This document shows positions 28,382 to 36,742 of a stretch of DNA of 64,000 bases, in pieces. This DNA comes from a virus: positions 32,001-96,000 of the IMG/VR virus record IMGVR_UViG_3300037337_000170; one strand, given 5' to 3'. Each line of letters starts with the position of its first letter. Positions within the stretch are counted from its first letter, which is position 1. Below the pieces are notes generated by a model, which saw only the letters and a list, made by a program, of their open reading frames with translations, made no database searches and had not been told where the DNA came from. The position numbers and the translations under genes were made by a program.

Positions 28382-28897
28382 ATGGTCACGAGAGTTAATT
28401 CTGGTGGCATTTTAGATGGTTCTGTTAGCACAGATAAAATTATTGATAACTCTGTTACCAGTAATAAAATTGCCGATGGGTCAGTCACCTCAGCGAAATT
28501 ATCTAGTACAGCAGTAGCAGATAAACTAGGGTATACACCACAGGTGCCACTTGTTTCTGGCACTAACATTAAGACAGTTGGTGGTGTATCAATACTTGGC
28601 TCTGGTAATATAACTGCTGGTACTACCGTTGCTGTAGTTTCGGGCACTACCCAGGCAGCAGTTGCAGGAACTCATTATGTCCTCACCAATGCTGCGACTA
28701 CAACTGTGACACTCCCAAGTAGTGCTGTTTCCGGTGATGTAGTTGCTATTACCGTTAGAAATGGTCTATATACTAATTCTATTCTTAACAATGGTCTAAG
28801 AATAATGGACTTGCTTGAATCTTTAATTATCAATCAAAATAATGCTAGCTTCTCTCTTGTGTATGCTGATGCTACACGTGGCTGGGTTTTAACTTAA
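28382..28897 (+). CDS. short tail-fibre protein (cassette 1)
   Basis: IADGSVT repeats, LVSGTNIKT repeat, TLPSS...GD...LVYADATRGW domain. Confidence 0.75.
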   Translation: MVTRVNSGGILDGSVSTDKIIDNSVTSNKIADGSVTSAKLSSTAVADKLGYTPQVPLVSGTNIKTVGGVSILGSGNITAGTTVAVVSGTTQAAVAGTHYVLTNAATTTVTLPSSAVSGDVVAITVRNGLYTNSILNNGLRIMDLLESLIINQNNASFSLVYADATRGWVLT

Positions 28898-28909
28898 TAA
28901 GGAAACAAA

Positions 28910-29533
28910 ATGAGTTCATTGTCACAATTCGTTGGTCTATATGCTGGTGGTATCGGTCCTGGTGCCGCTGGTCGCCCAATTAGAACACAACGCTTTCTTA
29001 CTAGCGGTACCTTTACGCCATCTGCTGCCCTTATTGCCGCAGGTGGCAATTGTTACGCATTAGTTGTTGGGGGCGGTGGTAATGGCGGCGCCGCCGGCGG
29101 TGGCGGTGGTGCCGTTGGCGGCGGCGGCGGCGGATCTGCCGGCGGTTTTATTGAGGGACCATTGAATATTATTGTTCCTACTACAGTTACTGTGGGTGGT
29201 CCCGGTGGCACAAGTATTCTTTTATTGCTATCTGGTCTCGGCGGTACTACCGGCGGTGTGGGCAGTTTCGGCGGCGGTAATGGCGTAGGAGCTACGGGGG
29301 GTTCCGGTGGAGGTGCCAGTGCCGTTTCCTTGGGTATTGGTGGTATTGGTGGTACCGGCGGCCTTGGTGGTGCGGGAGCAGGAGTTTCCGGCGGCTTCGG
29401 AGGCGGCGCCGGCGGAGCCAGTACGTCAAGCTCCGGCGGTGGAGGTGGAGGTGGAGGTGCTAGTGCCGGCGCCCCCGGCACCCCCGGTGGCGCCGGCTCC
29501 TCCGGTTATGTACAAATTTGGTGGCAAGAATAA
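28910..29533 (+). CDS. Gly-rich adhesin-like protein (cassette 1)
   Basis: FLTSGTF...VGGGG...GSSGYVQIWW; polyglycine motifs resembling gp38-type adhesins. Confidence 0.75.
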   Translation: MSSLSQFVGLYAGGIGPGAAGRPIRTQRFLTSGTFTPSAALIAAGGNCYALVVGGGGNGGAAGGGGGAVGGGGGGSAGGFIEGPLNIIVPTTVTVGGPGGTSILLLLSGLGGTTGGVGSFGGGNGVGATGGSGGGASAVSLGIGGIGGTGGLGGAGAGVSGGFGGGAGGASTSSSGGGGGGGGASAGAPGTPGGAGSSGYVQIWWQE

Positions 29534-29545
29534 AGAGAGCTTAAT

Positions 29546-30031
29546 ATGATTTTTGCGCTTATAAAAAATAACAAAGTCGACAATATTATTGCCGCAGATC
29601 AGATCTTTGCCGATAGCTTATTAAGTGACTATCAGGCAGTTGTTCAGTCAGATACAGCACAAGTAGGTTGGGAGTGGGACGGCACTTCAATTGTTACTCC
29701 ACCAGCACCTGAGCCGGTGATCATGCCTATGCCTGAACCGTCTAGATTAGTTACCAGACTAGCTTTCCGTAACCGCTTTACTCTCGCCGAAAAGATGGCA
29801 CTAGAATTAGCCGGACTAGATAACCCAGCCTCCACAATCGCAGAACGAACTAATGCTGCTGCACTTCGTATCAATCAGGCCGATCTTGCCGCTGCTACGT
29901 TTGTTGATCTTGCCCGCGAAGATACTCGCAATGGTGTACTCAGCCTGGAAACAGTTGGTCTACTAGACGCAGGTAGGGCACTAGAAATCTTAGATACACC
30001 TGTTACTGAACTAGAAAAGTTCGTTGGTTAA
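29546..30031 (+). CDS. fibre partner / assembly protein (cassette 1)
   Basis: FALIKNNKV.N.I...VGWEWDG + TRLAFRNRFT..E domain; paralog of 32267-32770. Confidence 0.75.
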   Translation: MIFALIKNNKVDNIIAADQIFADSLLSDYQAVVQSDTAQVGWEWDGTSIVTPPAPEPVIMPMPEPSRLVTRLAFRNRFTLAEKMALELAGLDNPASTIAERTNAAALRINQADLAAATFVDLAREDTRNGVLSLETVGLLDAGRALEILDTPVTELEKFVG

Positions 30032-30036
30032 CCGAT

Positions 30037-30044
30037 TATAAATA
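30037..30044 (+). promoter_or_regulatory. T4 late promoter
   Basis: TATAAATA. Confidence 0.8.
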
Positions 30045-30059
30045 ACCCAAAGGAACTTC

Positions 30060-30653
30060 ATGGCATATATCGGTAATCAACCATCAAGTGGTGCATTCAG
30101 AAAACTAGACACTCTGGTATTCAATGGAAGTACGGCTACATTCGGGCTTATAGCTGGTGGAGTTGCTGTATCACCAGGTACGGCAACCAATCTAATTATC
30201 AGTCTTAATGGTGTGGTACAGGAGCCTGGTACTTCATATGATGTTTCTGGTTCTAATATCACATTCAGTTCGGCGCCAGGTGCGGGGTCTACATTTTTCG
30301 GGGTTCAACTAGGTTCAGTAGGTACTGTTAACATTGTTACTGATGGTTCTATTACCGCAGATAAGCTAAGCGTAACCCCGATTCCAGTAATCAAAGGTGG
30401 TACCGGTACGGCATCATTGACAGGGCTTGTAAAAGGTAACGGTACTGGTGCATTAACAGAGGCAGTATCTGGTACTGATATCAAGACTGTTAACGATGTG
30501 CCTGTTCTTGGTTCTGGTAATATTACAGTGCAAGTACCATTGGTTTCTGGTACTAACATTAAGACAATCAATGGAGTCACATTACTTGGCTCAGGAAACT
30601 ACGAGATAATTTCAGGCTCGGATATTGCCAATTATATGGCAGGAATAATTTAA
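30060..30653 (+). CDS. short fibre / adaptor protein (cassette 2)
   Basis: MAYIGNQP, NGVVQEPG...ITFSSAP domain, SGT(D/N)IKT repeats. Confidence 0.75.
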   Translation: MAYIGNQPSSGAFRKLDTLVFNGSTATFGLIAGGVAVSPGTATNLIISLNGVVQEPGTSYDVSGSNITFSSAPGAGSTFFGVQLGSVGTVNIVTDGSITADKLSVTPIPVIKGGTGTASLTGLVKGNGTGALTEAVSGTDIKTVNDVPVLGSGNITVQVPLVSGTNIKTINGVTLLGSGNYEIISGSDIANYMAGII

Positions 30654-30662
30654 GGGAACAAT

Positions 30663-31061
30663 ATGGCTTCAACGGGTAATTATGCATCAACACCTAGAAC
30701 CGGTGTAGTTGTAATCGATACGGCAAATACAGCAAGGGATGGTACCGGTACTCTAGGCACTGTTCTATTAGCGCCAGCATCTGGTTCTAGAATTGATGGC
30801 CTTGATATTCAGGCAGTTGGTACAACCACTGCCGGTATGGTTCGCTTGTTTGTTCACAATGGAACTACGGCATTTCTGCTGACAGAAATTCCTGTGATCG
30901 CGGTCACACCAGGTGCTGCGATTCCAGCTTGGTCTGTGCATTTGAGTACAAATAGCAATCCTAATTTTCCGATTGTCCTAGGTTCTGGCTTTAGTCTTCG
31001 TGCATCAACAAATAATGCTGATGCCTTCAATATTATTACCACCCAGGCAGGAGACTTCTGA
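30663..31061 (+). CDS. fibre-associated hypothetical protein (cassette 2)
   Basis: ANTARDGTGT...GSRID...TTAGMVRLF; TGATG overlap with the next gene. Confidence 0.7.
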   Translation: MASTGNYASTPRTGVVVIDTANTARDGTGTLGTVLLAPASGSRIDGLDIQAVGTTTAGMVRLFVHNGTTAFLLTEIPVIAVTPGAAIPAWSVHLSTNSNPNFPIVLGSGFSLRASTNNADAFNIITTQAGDF

Positions 31062-32266
31062 TGAACAAAGGTACATACGGTTATTCCCTTCCACCGAATC
31101 AATCCACGCGGGTTGCACCGCCTGAGTGGCGTAGTTCTGAATTTATAACAGCAACTGTCTCCGGCAAGATTGTGCCGCAGAACGTCTTTCAGATCAAAGT
31201 TGATGTTGTTAGCGGGGCAGGTGGTGGGGCTAGGTTCGGCGGTATCGCTACAGGCGGCGGCGGCGGCGGGTATGGGTCTGCAATTATTGATGTGATACCC
31301 GGGCAACTGCTGCCTACTATTACCGTTGGGATGGGTGGTACTGCGCAACTTTCAAGTAACATAGCAGGCAATGCCGGTGGTACATCCAGCTTTGGCACGC
31401 TTATCAGCGTAACCGGTGGGGCAGGTGGATTAGTACAGGCCAATGCTGCAGCTACGCTTGCTGGTGGTGCAGGGGGTATACCAACGGTTGCCGCCGGTTT
31501 GCGGGGGGCTGTTGCTTTTGCTGGCGGTGCTGGCGGCGCGAAAAGTGGGACGTCCCCAAGCTCGAGCCTTGGTACCGGTGGCGGTGCCATGGGGTCGGCT
31601 CTTGGAGTTGGCGGTGCTGGCGGCGCAGTGGCTTTAAACGCTAATAATGGACCTCAAGTAACAGGCGGCGGTGGTTTGGCAGGTGGGAACGGTGGGGCAA
31701 TAGTATCAACCTCTGCGGGTAACAACGGAACGGGCGGCGGTGGTGTGCGGTTTAGCGGTGGTGCTATTGCAAATGGCAGCACAGCAGGCGGCTCTGGCGG
31801 CGGGGGTACAGCAGGCAATGGGCAGACTTGCCTCGGCTCATCTAGCGCCAGTGGGTCTGGAATACTTGCTACCGCTGCATTAGGCAATAATACGGGAGCG
31901 AATGGGACCAATGGGCACACTAATGCAGTCTCGATTGCACAGGTACTCACCGGCAATCTTTATTCCGGTAGCGGCGGTGGTGGCGGCGGCATGGGCAGCG
32001 GCGGTGACGGTGGTTTTGGCGGTGGCGGCGGCGGTGGCGGTTCTGGCTTCGCCGGTGGCTCAGGTGGTTTTGGCGGCGGTGGTGGCGGCGGCGTCGCCGG
32101 TGGCACAGGTGGTTTTGGCGGCGGTGGTGGCGGCGGCATGGGCAGCGGCGGTGGTGGCGGCGGCATGGGCAGCGGCGGTGACGGTGGTTTTGGCGGTGGC
32201 GGCGGCGGTGGCGGCGGTTTTGGCGGCGACGGTTTTGTCCTTCTGTCGTACACCGAGGGCTACTAA
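31061..32266 (+). CDS. Gly-rich adhesin-like protein (cassette 2)
   Basis: Extensive polyglycine, GGDGFVLLSY end, GC-rich. Confidence 0.75.
   Translation: MNKGTYGYSLPPNQSTRVAPPEWRSSEFITATVSGKIVPQNVFQIKVDVVSGAGGGARFGGIATGGGGGGYGSAIIDVIPGQLLPTITVGMGGTAQLSSNIAGNAGGTSSFGTLISVTGGAGGLVQANAAATLAGGAGGIPTVAAGLRGAVAFAGGAGGAKSGTSPSSSLGTGGGAMGSALGVGGAGGAVALNANNGPQVTGGGGLAGGNGGAIVSTSAGNNGTGGGGVRFSGGAIANGSTAGGSGGGGTAGNGQTCLGSSSASGSGILATAALGNNTGANGTNGHTNAVSIAQVLTGNLYSGSGGGGGGMGSGGDGGFGGGGGGGGSGFAGGSGGFGGGGGGGVAGGTGGFGGGGGGGMGSGGGGGGMGSGGDGGFGGGGGGGGGFGGDGFVLLSYTEGY
31970..32230 (+). repeat. GGC/GGT-rich tandem repeat coding GGFGGGGGGG units
   Basis: Repeated GGTGGTTTTGGCGGCGGTGGTGGCGGCGGC and ATGGGCAGCGGCGGTG units. 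Confidence 0.8.
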
Positions 32267-32770
32267 ATGAAAGCCTGGATTGAAAACGGCGCTGTCCGTG
32301 ATATCGCCCAAGGCAACCCACAGGAAAATTATCATCCTGACGTTGCTGCGCTCTACGACACCGAGGTGCCCAACGGCACAGTAGGTGGTGCAACGCTAGT
32401 AGCTGGTGTGTGGACAAACCCGCCACCGCCACCGCCTTATGTTGCTCCACCTTATGTCGAACCACCTGCACCACCTGAGATTCGGCGCATAACTAGACTA
32501 GCATTTCGTAACCGATTTACTAGGCTAGAAAAGATCGCATTAGAATTAGCCGGGCTAGATGATCCAGCTATGACTACCGATCAACGAACACAGGCAGCAG
32601 CTTTACGAGCTGATGCAGCTGATTTAGCTGCTGCCACGTTTGTTGATCTTGATCGAGCCGATACCAGAGCAGGAGTTGAACTTCTAGAAGCTGCCGGTCT
32701 ACTAGAAGTTGATAGAGCCCTAGAAATTCTAGATACACCTATTACTGAACTAGAAAAATTTGTTGGATAA
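32267..32770 (+). CDS. fibre partner / assembly protein (cassette 2)
   Basis: C-terminal half closely paralogous to 29546-30031 (RLAFRNRFT...TELEKFVG). Confidence 0.75.
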   Translation: MKAWIENGAVRDIAQGNPQENYHPDVAALYDTEVPNGTVGGATLVAGVWTNPPPPPPYVAPPYVEPPAPPEIRRITRLAFRNRFTRLEKIALELAGLDDPAMTTDQRTQAAALRADAADLAAATFVDLDRADTRAGVELLEAAGLLEVDRALEILDTPITELEKFVG

Positions 32771-32784
32771 ACTCAAATGACTTT

Positions 32785-32792
32785 TATAAATA
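32785..32792 (+). promoter_or_regulatory. T4 late promoter
   Basis: TATAAATA. Confidence 0.8.
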
Positions 32793-32808
32793 AAATAGGA
32801 GACTACAC

Positions 32809-33912
32809 ATGAGTTATATAGGCAATCGACCAAACAACCCACAGATCGGACCGGCATCATCGACTACTATTACTGCGACCACATTGCAGACAGTATTCAG
32901 TATTGCCTATACACCTGGCTTTATTACAGTATTTCAGAACGGCGCGCTTTTAGTTCCTTTTTCTGATTATACTACAAATGCAGGGACCTCTGTTACATTA
33001 GTTACCGGTGCGACTGTAGGCGATGAACTTACATTTATTGTTGGTAATGCGGTTGCTAATGGTGAGGTGGTTACTGCGACTACTGCCACATTTGCTACTA
33101 ATGCGGCAACAGCGACCAATGCGGTAACAGCGAACAATGCTACTCTTGCTGCAACAGCTACAAATGCGCTTTCACTAGGCGGTACACTAGCGGCCAATTA
33201 TTCGCTGGTAGCTAATAGTGTGTCCAGCGTCAACGGTACCACCGGGCCGGTCCAAGGCGTTGTCTTTGACGCACCAACTGACGGCGAAAACTACCTCCGC
33301 GCTGGCTCTGCCTGGGTGGTGTCCGTTGCGCCTATTGACCGCGTGCCGCAAATGCTTGTCATCACATCTACCCAGACATGGGCGCCGCCCGTTGGTGTGA
33401 CACGGGCGAAATTGACTGTGATCGGTGGTGGCGGTGCGAGTGGAACCGCGACATCTCAAGTCGGCGGCGGGGGCGGGGGCGGTGGTAGCGCTGTTTCCGT
33501 GTTGACCGTTTCCAGCGCAACAACCTACACTGCAACAGTTGGTGCTGGCGGCGCAGCCGCCGCCCAAAGCGGCAACCTAAACGGGAATGCTGGCGGAGCA
33601 AGCTCATTTTCAGGCAGTGGCATCACAACAATGACAGCAAATGGAGGTGGTGGTGGGCAAAGCTATCAGGGCAACGTGGGCGGCACAGCCACAGGGGGGC
33701 AAATCAACATCCCTGGCGGCAGCGGCAACGGATCAGCAACAAATAACAACACGCCGCCGCCGCACGGCGGCGAAACGCTTCTGTCGCCAAGAACTGTGCA
33801 GCCCGGTAGCGGGGGCCTGGCCGGGCAGGGGTTCGGAGCGGGAGGCGTTGCGCCATTCAACGCCACCACGACATTTGCTGGTGCCGCCGGCGTCATCGTT
33901 ATCGAATTCTGA
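32809..33912 (+). CDS. fibre/adhesin fusion (cassette 3)
   Basis: MSYIGNRP adaptor, ATNA repeats, DAPTDG, Gly-rich C-terminal domain ending GVIVIEF. Confidence 0.78.
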   Translation: MSYIGNRPNNPQIGPASSTTITATTLQTVFSIAYTPGFITVFQNGALLVPFSDYTTNAGTSVTLVTGATVGDELTFIVGNAVANGEVVTATTATFATNAATATNAVTANNATLAATATNALSLGGTLAANYSLVANSVSSVNGTTGPVQGVVFDAPTDGENYLRAGSAWVVSVAPIDRVPQMLVITSTQTWAPPVGVTRAKLTVIGGGGASGTATSQVGGGGGGGGSAVSVLTVSSATTYTATVGAGGAAAAQSGNLNGNAGGASSFSGSGITTMTANGGGGGQSYQGNVGGTATGGQINIPGGSGNGSATNNNTPPPHGGETLLSPRTVQPGSGGLAGQGFGAGGVAPFNATTTFAGAAGVIVIEF

Positions 33913-33922
33913 AAGACTCAAC

Positions 33923-34456
33923 ATGATCGCAGCACAAATTAACTCTACCGGCCTTGTCACAAACACCATCATTGTTGATTCGCTCAACGTCATACCCGGC
34001 CTGATTGACGGCACAGGCGCAGCCATTGGCGATACATGGGACGGCTCGGCATTTATCCATCCGACCCCACCCACCATCCCACTCGCCACCCGCCAAGCCG
34101 CAGCATGGGAGCGCATTAAAACCGAGCGCGTCCGGCGCAAGGTATTGGGTGTCAAAGTCGGCGCGCATTGGTTTCACAGCGACGCAGACAGCCGCATTCA
34201 GCAATTGGGCTTGGTTATCATGGGCACATCAGTCCCAGCGGTGCAGTGGAAAACGCTCACACCGAACGGATCATCTGTATTTGTAACAATGACACAAGCG
34301 ATTGCCGCAGGCATTTTTCAGAATACGGCAGCAAGTGATACGGCTATATTTGAAGCAGCAGAGACACATAGACTGGCAATGGAAGCAAGCTCTACTCCAG
34401 AAAGTTATGAGTTCACTTCTGGATGGCCTATCTCAATTGAAGATCAAGCAGATTAA
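33923..34456 (+). CDS. fibre partner protein, DUF4376-like (cassette 3)
   Basis: Likely start ATG 33923; WERIKTER...HWFHSDADSRIQQLGL...WKT. Confidence 0.75.
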   Translation: MIAAQINSTGLVTNTIIVDSLNVIPGLIDGTGAAIGDTWDGSAFIHPTPPTIPLATRQAAAWERIKTERVRRKVLGVKVGAHWFHSDADSRIQQLGLVIMGTSVPAVQWKTLTPNGSSVFVTMTQAIAAGIFQNTAASDTAIFEAAETHRLAMEASSTPESYEFTSGWPISIEDQAD

Positions 34457-34459
34457 TCT

Positions 34460-34978
34460 ATGAAACTAGCCTCTTACCATGGCACCAAGTCCGGCGTAAT
34501 GGGACTCGGCAATGTTTTAATAAGATACCGTCTTAAAGGCGTGTATTCTCATTCGGAGATAGTATTTGAGCCCGGTGATAATGTTGACGGGTTCATGCCG
34601 GATGGTACCACAGAACCTAATGAGTCAGGCGAAGTATGGTGTGCCTCTAGTACCGGATTAGATTTTATCCCAGACTGGAGTAAAGTTCGTGCAGGTAAAC
34701 TAGGTGGAGTTAGGTTTAAGAGAATTAAACTTGACCCAGCCAAATGGCGTATTGATGAGACAACGGCCGATCCTGTAAAGGCTGCATTATGGGCTGTTGA
34801 CAATCAGGGAATGCGTTATGATTGGCAATTGATCTTTGGTTTCATTGCCTGGGTAATACCAGAAAAGACAGGTCGGGTAATGTGTAGTGAGGCATGTGCT
34901 GAAATGCTAGGTTATAATGATTCTTGGAGATTGGATCCTTGCATTTTACGATCAGTCAATAATTATTCTATAACTTAA
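34460..34978 (+). CDS. permuted papain-like (YaeF/YiiX-type) amidase-fold protein
   Basis: YSHSEI (His) precedes G.RYDW and MCSEAC (Cys). Confidence 0.6.
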   Translation: MKLASYHGTKSGVMGLGNVLIRYRLKGVYSHSEIVFEPGDNVDGFMPDGTTEPNESGEVWCASSTGLDFIPDWSKVRAGKLGGVRFKRIKLDPAKWRIDETTADPVKAALWAVDNQGMRYDWQLIFGFIAWVIPEKTGRVMCSEACAEMLGYNDSWRLDPCILRSVNNYSIT

Positions 34979-35049
34979 GATAGAAATACTATTGTAACAG
35001 GTTTGCATACTGACCTTGTTAACTAACATGATAAATAAGTACAATCCAC

Positions 35050-35057
35050 TATAAATA
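35050..35057 (+). promoter_or_regulatory. T4 late promoter
   Basis: TATAAATA. Confidence 0.75.
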
Positions 35058-35061
35058 ACAT

Positions 35062-36246
35062 ATGAGCAATTCACAAAAATTATCACAATTGGTGCCTGGT
35101 GGTAACACTCCTATTCCGGTCAATAAGGGCGGCACCGGTACGGCATCATTGACTGGGCTTGTAAAAGGTAATGGTACTGGTGCATTAACTGCAGCAGTAT
35201 CTGGTACTGATATTAAGACCGTTAATGGTGTAACTTTTCTTGGCTCTGGTGATATTGCAGTACAAGTTCCATTGGTTTCTGGTACTAATATTCGCACAGT
35301 TAATGGTGCATCATTATTGACTGCTGGCAATTTGCAACTTGGTGCATCCCTAGTAGGATCTGCTCGTACTGCTAATACAGCATTAGGTATAGCCGATAAT
35401 TCTGCCTTAATTGATATCACCAGTGGCACGTTTACGCAAACATTCTCTGCCGCAGCAACGCTGGGCAGCGGTTGGTTCTGCTACATCCGCAACTCAGGCA
35501 CAGGTGACATCACGCTTGATCCGAACGCTTCGGAGTTAATTGACGGCTTGACCAGTTATGTGATGTATCCCGGCGAAGTGCGGCTGGTGCAGTGCGATGG
35601 GGTGGCGCTGAGGAGTGTGGTGTTGACGGCGTTTGCCAGAACGTTTATTACCTCGGGGACGTTTATTAAGCCACCGGGTTATTCCGTCATTTTCACCGAA
35701 CTATGGGCTGGTGGTGGCGGCGGCGGCAAAGGTACGAGTTATACGACGGCTGGGAACGGCGGCGCGTATATGACCCGACCTGTGATGGCCAGCACTATCC
35801 CCCCGACGGTGCTTGTAACTGTAGGAGCCGGCGGCACACCCGCTTCTGTAAATACTGCATCGGGCACCGCTGGCGGCGTATCCACACTAGGAACCTTGGT
35901 GAGCACAGACTCTGTGTCTGATTCGCGCGGGGGCAATCCGGGGCAAGCATATCCAGACATTCAAGGTACGTTTACTGGGGGGCGTTCAGCCACGTTCAGC
36001 ACCGGGTCTACGACTTTGGCCGGGTCCAGTATTTTCGGCGGTGGGGCTGGAGGTTCATTTAACTTAAATGCAACCACAATTGTGCCACCCGGAGTTAGTA
36101 ATTTTGGCGGTTCTGGGGGCTCAGCAGGTAATGCGGTAAGTGGGTCCGATGGAATTATTCCCGGCGGCGGAGGTGGAGTTACGCGCACAGGGCCTTTATC
36201 TGGCGCGGGCGCCCGCGGTGAAGTTCGTATCTGGGGAGTCGCATAA
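35062..36246 (+). CDS. fibre/adhesin fusion (cassette 4)
   Basis: SGT(D/N)I(K/R)TVNG repeats, GWFCYIRNSGTG...IDG domain, Gly-rich tip ending GARGEVRIW. Confidence 0.78.
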   Translation: MSNSQKLSQLVPGGNTPIPVNKGGTGTASLTGLVKGNGTGALTAAVSGTDIKTVNGVTFLGSGDIAVQVPLVSGTNIRTVNGASLLTAGNLQLGASLVGSARTANTALGIADNSALIDITSGTFTQTFSAAATLGSGWFCYIRNSGTGDITLDPNASELIDGLTSYVMYPGEVRLVQCDGVALRSVVLTAFARTFITSGTFIKPPGYSVIFTELWAGGGGGGKGTSYTTAGNGGAYMTRPVMASTIPPTVLVTVGAGGTPASVNTASGTAGGVSTLGTLVSTDSVSDSRGGNPGQAYPDIQGTFTGGRSATFSTGSTTLAGSSIFGGGAGGSFNLNATTIVPPGVSNFGGSGGSAGNAVSGSDGIIPGGGGGVTRTGPLSGAGARGEVRIWGVA

Positions 36247-36644
36247 TGCGCGCACACATCATTACGGGCGGCATTGTCGCCAACACCATCGAAGTCGAAT
36301 CACTCGACTTTCTTCCCGGCCTGATCGCTGCGACTGAGGGCACCATTGGCGACCTCTACGCTAATGGCGTGTTCAGCAAGCCGCCTACACAGCCGACTGC
36401 TGTCCCATACTCAGTCACTCGTAGACAAGCCAAGCATGCACTACTACTAGCAGGTCTATTAGGTAATGTCCAACCGGCACTTGATGCTATTGCAGATCCG
36501 GTTCAAAAAACAATAATGCAAATTGAATGGGACGATAGTCAGGAATTTGAGCGTAACCGCCCTAGCCTAATCGCTATTGGTACGGCATTAGGTCTAGATT
36601 CTACTGAACTAGATGATCTATTCATTACTGCCAGCGGCTTATGA
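36246..36644 (+). CDS. fibre partner protein (cassette 4)
   Basis: VANTIEV..IGDLY N-terminus; VTRRQAKHAL...IEWDD...LDDLFITA C-terminus. Confidence 0.75.
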   Translation: MRAHIITGGIVANTIEVESLDFLPGLIAATEGTIGDLYANGVFSKPPTQPTAVPYSVTRRQAKHALLLAGLLGNVQPALDAIADPVQKTIMQIEWDDSQEFERNRPSLIAIGTALGLDSTELDDLFITASGL

Positions 36645-36645
36645 C

Positions 36646-36739
36646 CCACTTACCGAACAACTGGAAGACATAGTCTATTATATCCAAGAAACTTAGAACC
36701 TAAAATAAACTTGGGTTCTAAGTTGTAATAATTTGTACA
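36646..36739 (-). repeat. 94-bp non-coding element, copy 1 (contains a minus-strand promoter)
   Basis: Gapless similarity to 54878-54971. Confidence 0.85.
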
Positions 36740-36742
36740 CAA

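Noticed and set aside
29053-32474. Pro-rich or Arg/His-rich minus-strand ORFs (e.g. 29053-29481, 31947-32474, 31960-32253)
   Set aside because: These are shadows of polyglycine GGN codons on the plus strand.
33641-33922. N-terminal extension of ORF 33641-34456
   Set aside because: It overlaps the adhesin gene in another frame; the plausible start is ATG 33923.
28382-36644. Diversity-generating retroelement or invertase-based tip switching
   Set aside because: No reverse transcriptase or recombinase in the window. Paralogous blocks differ mainly at synonymous positions involving all bases rather than adenines only, and all cassettes have the same orientation.
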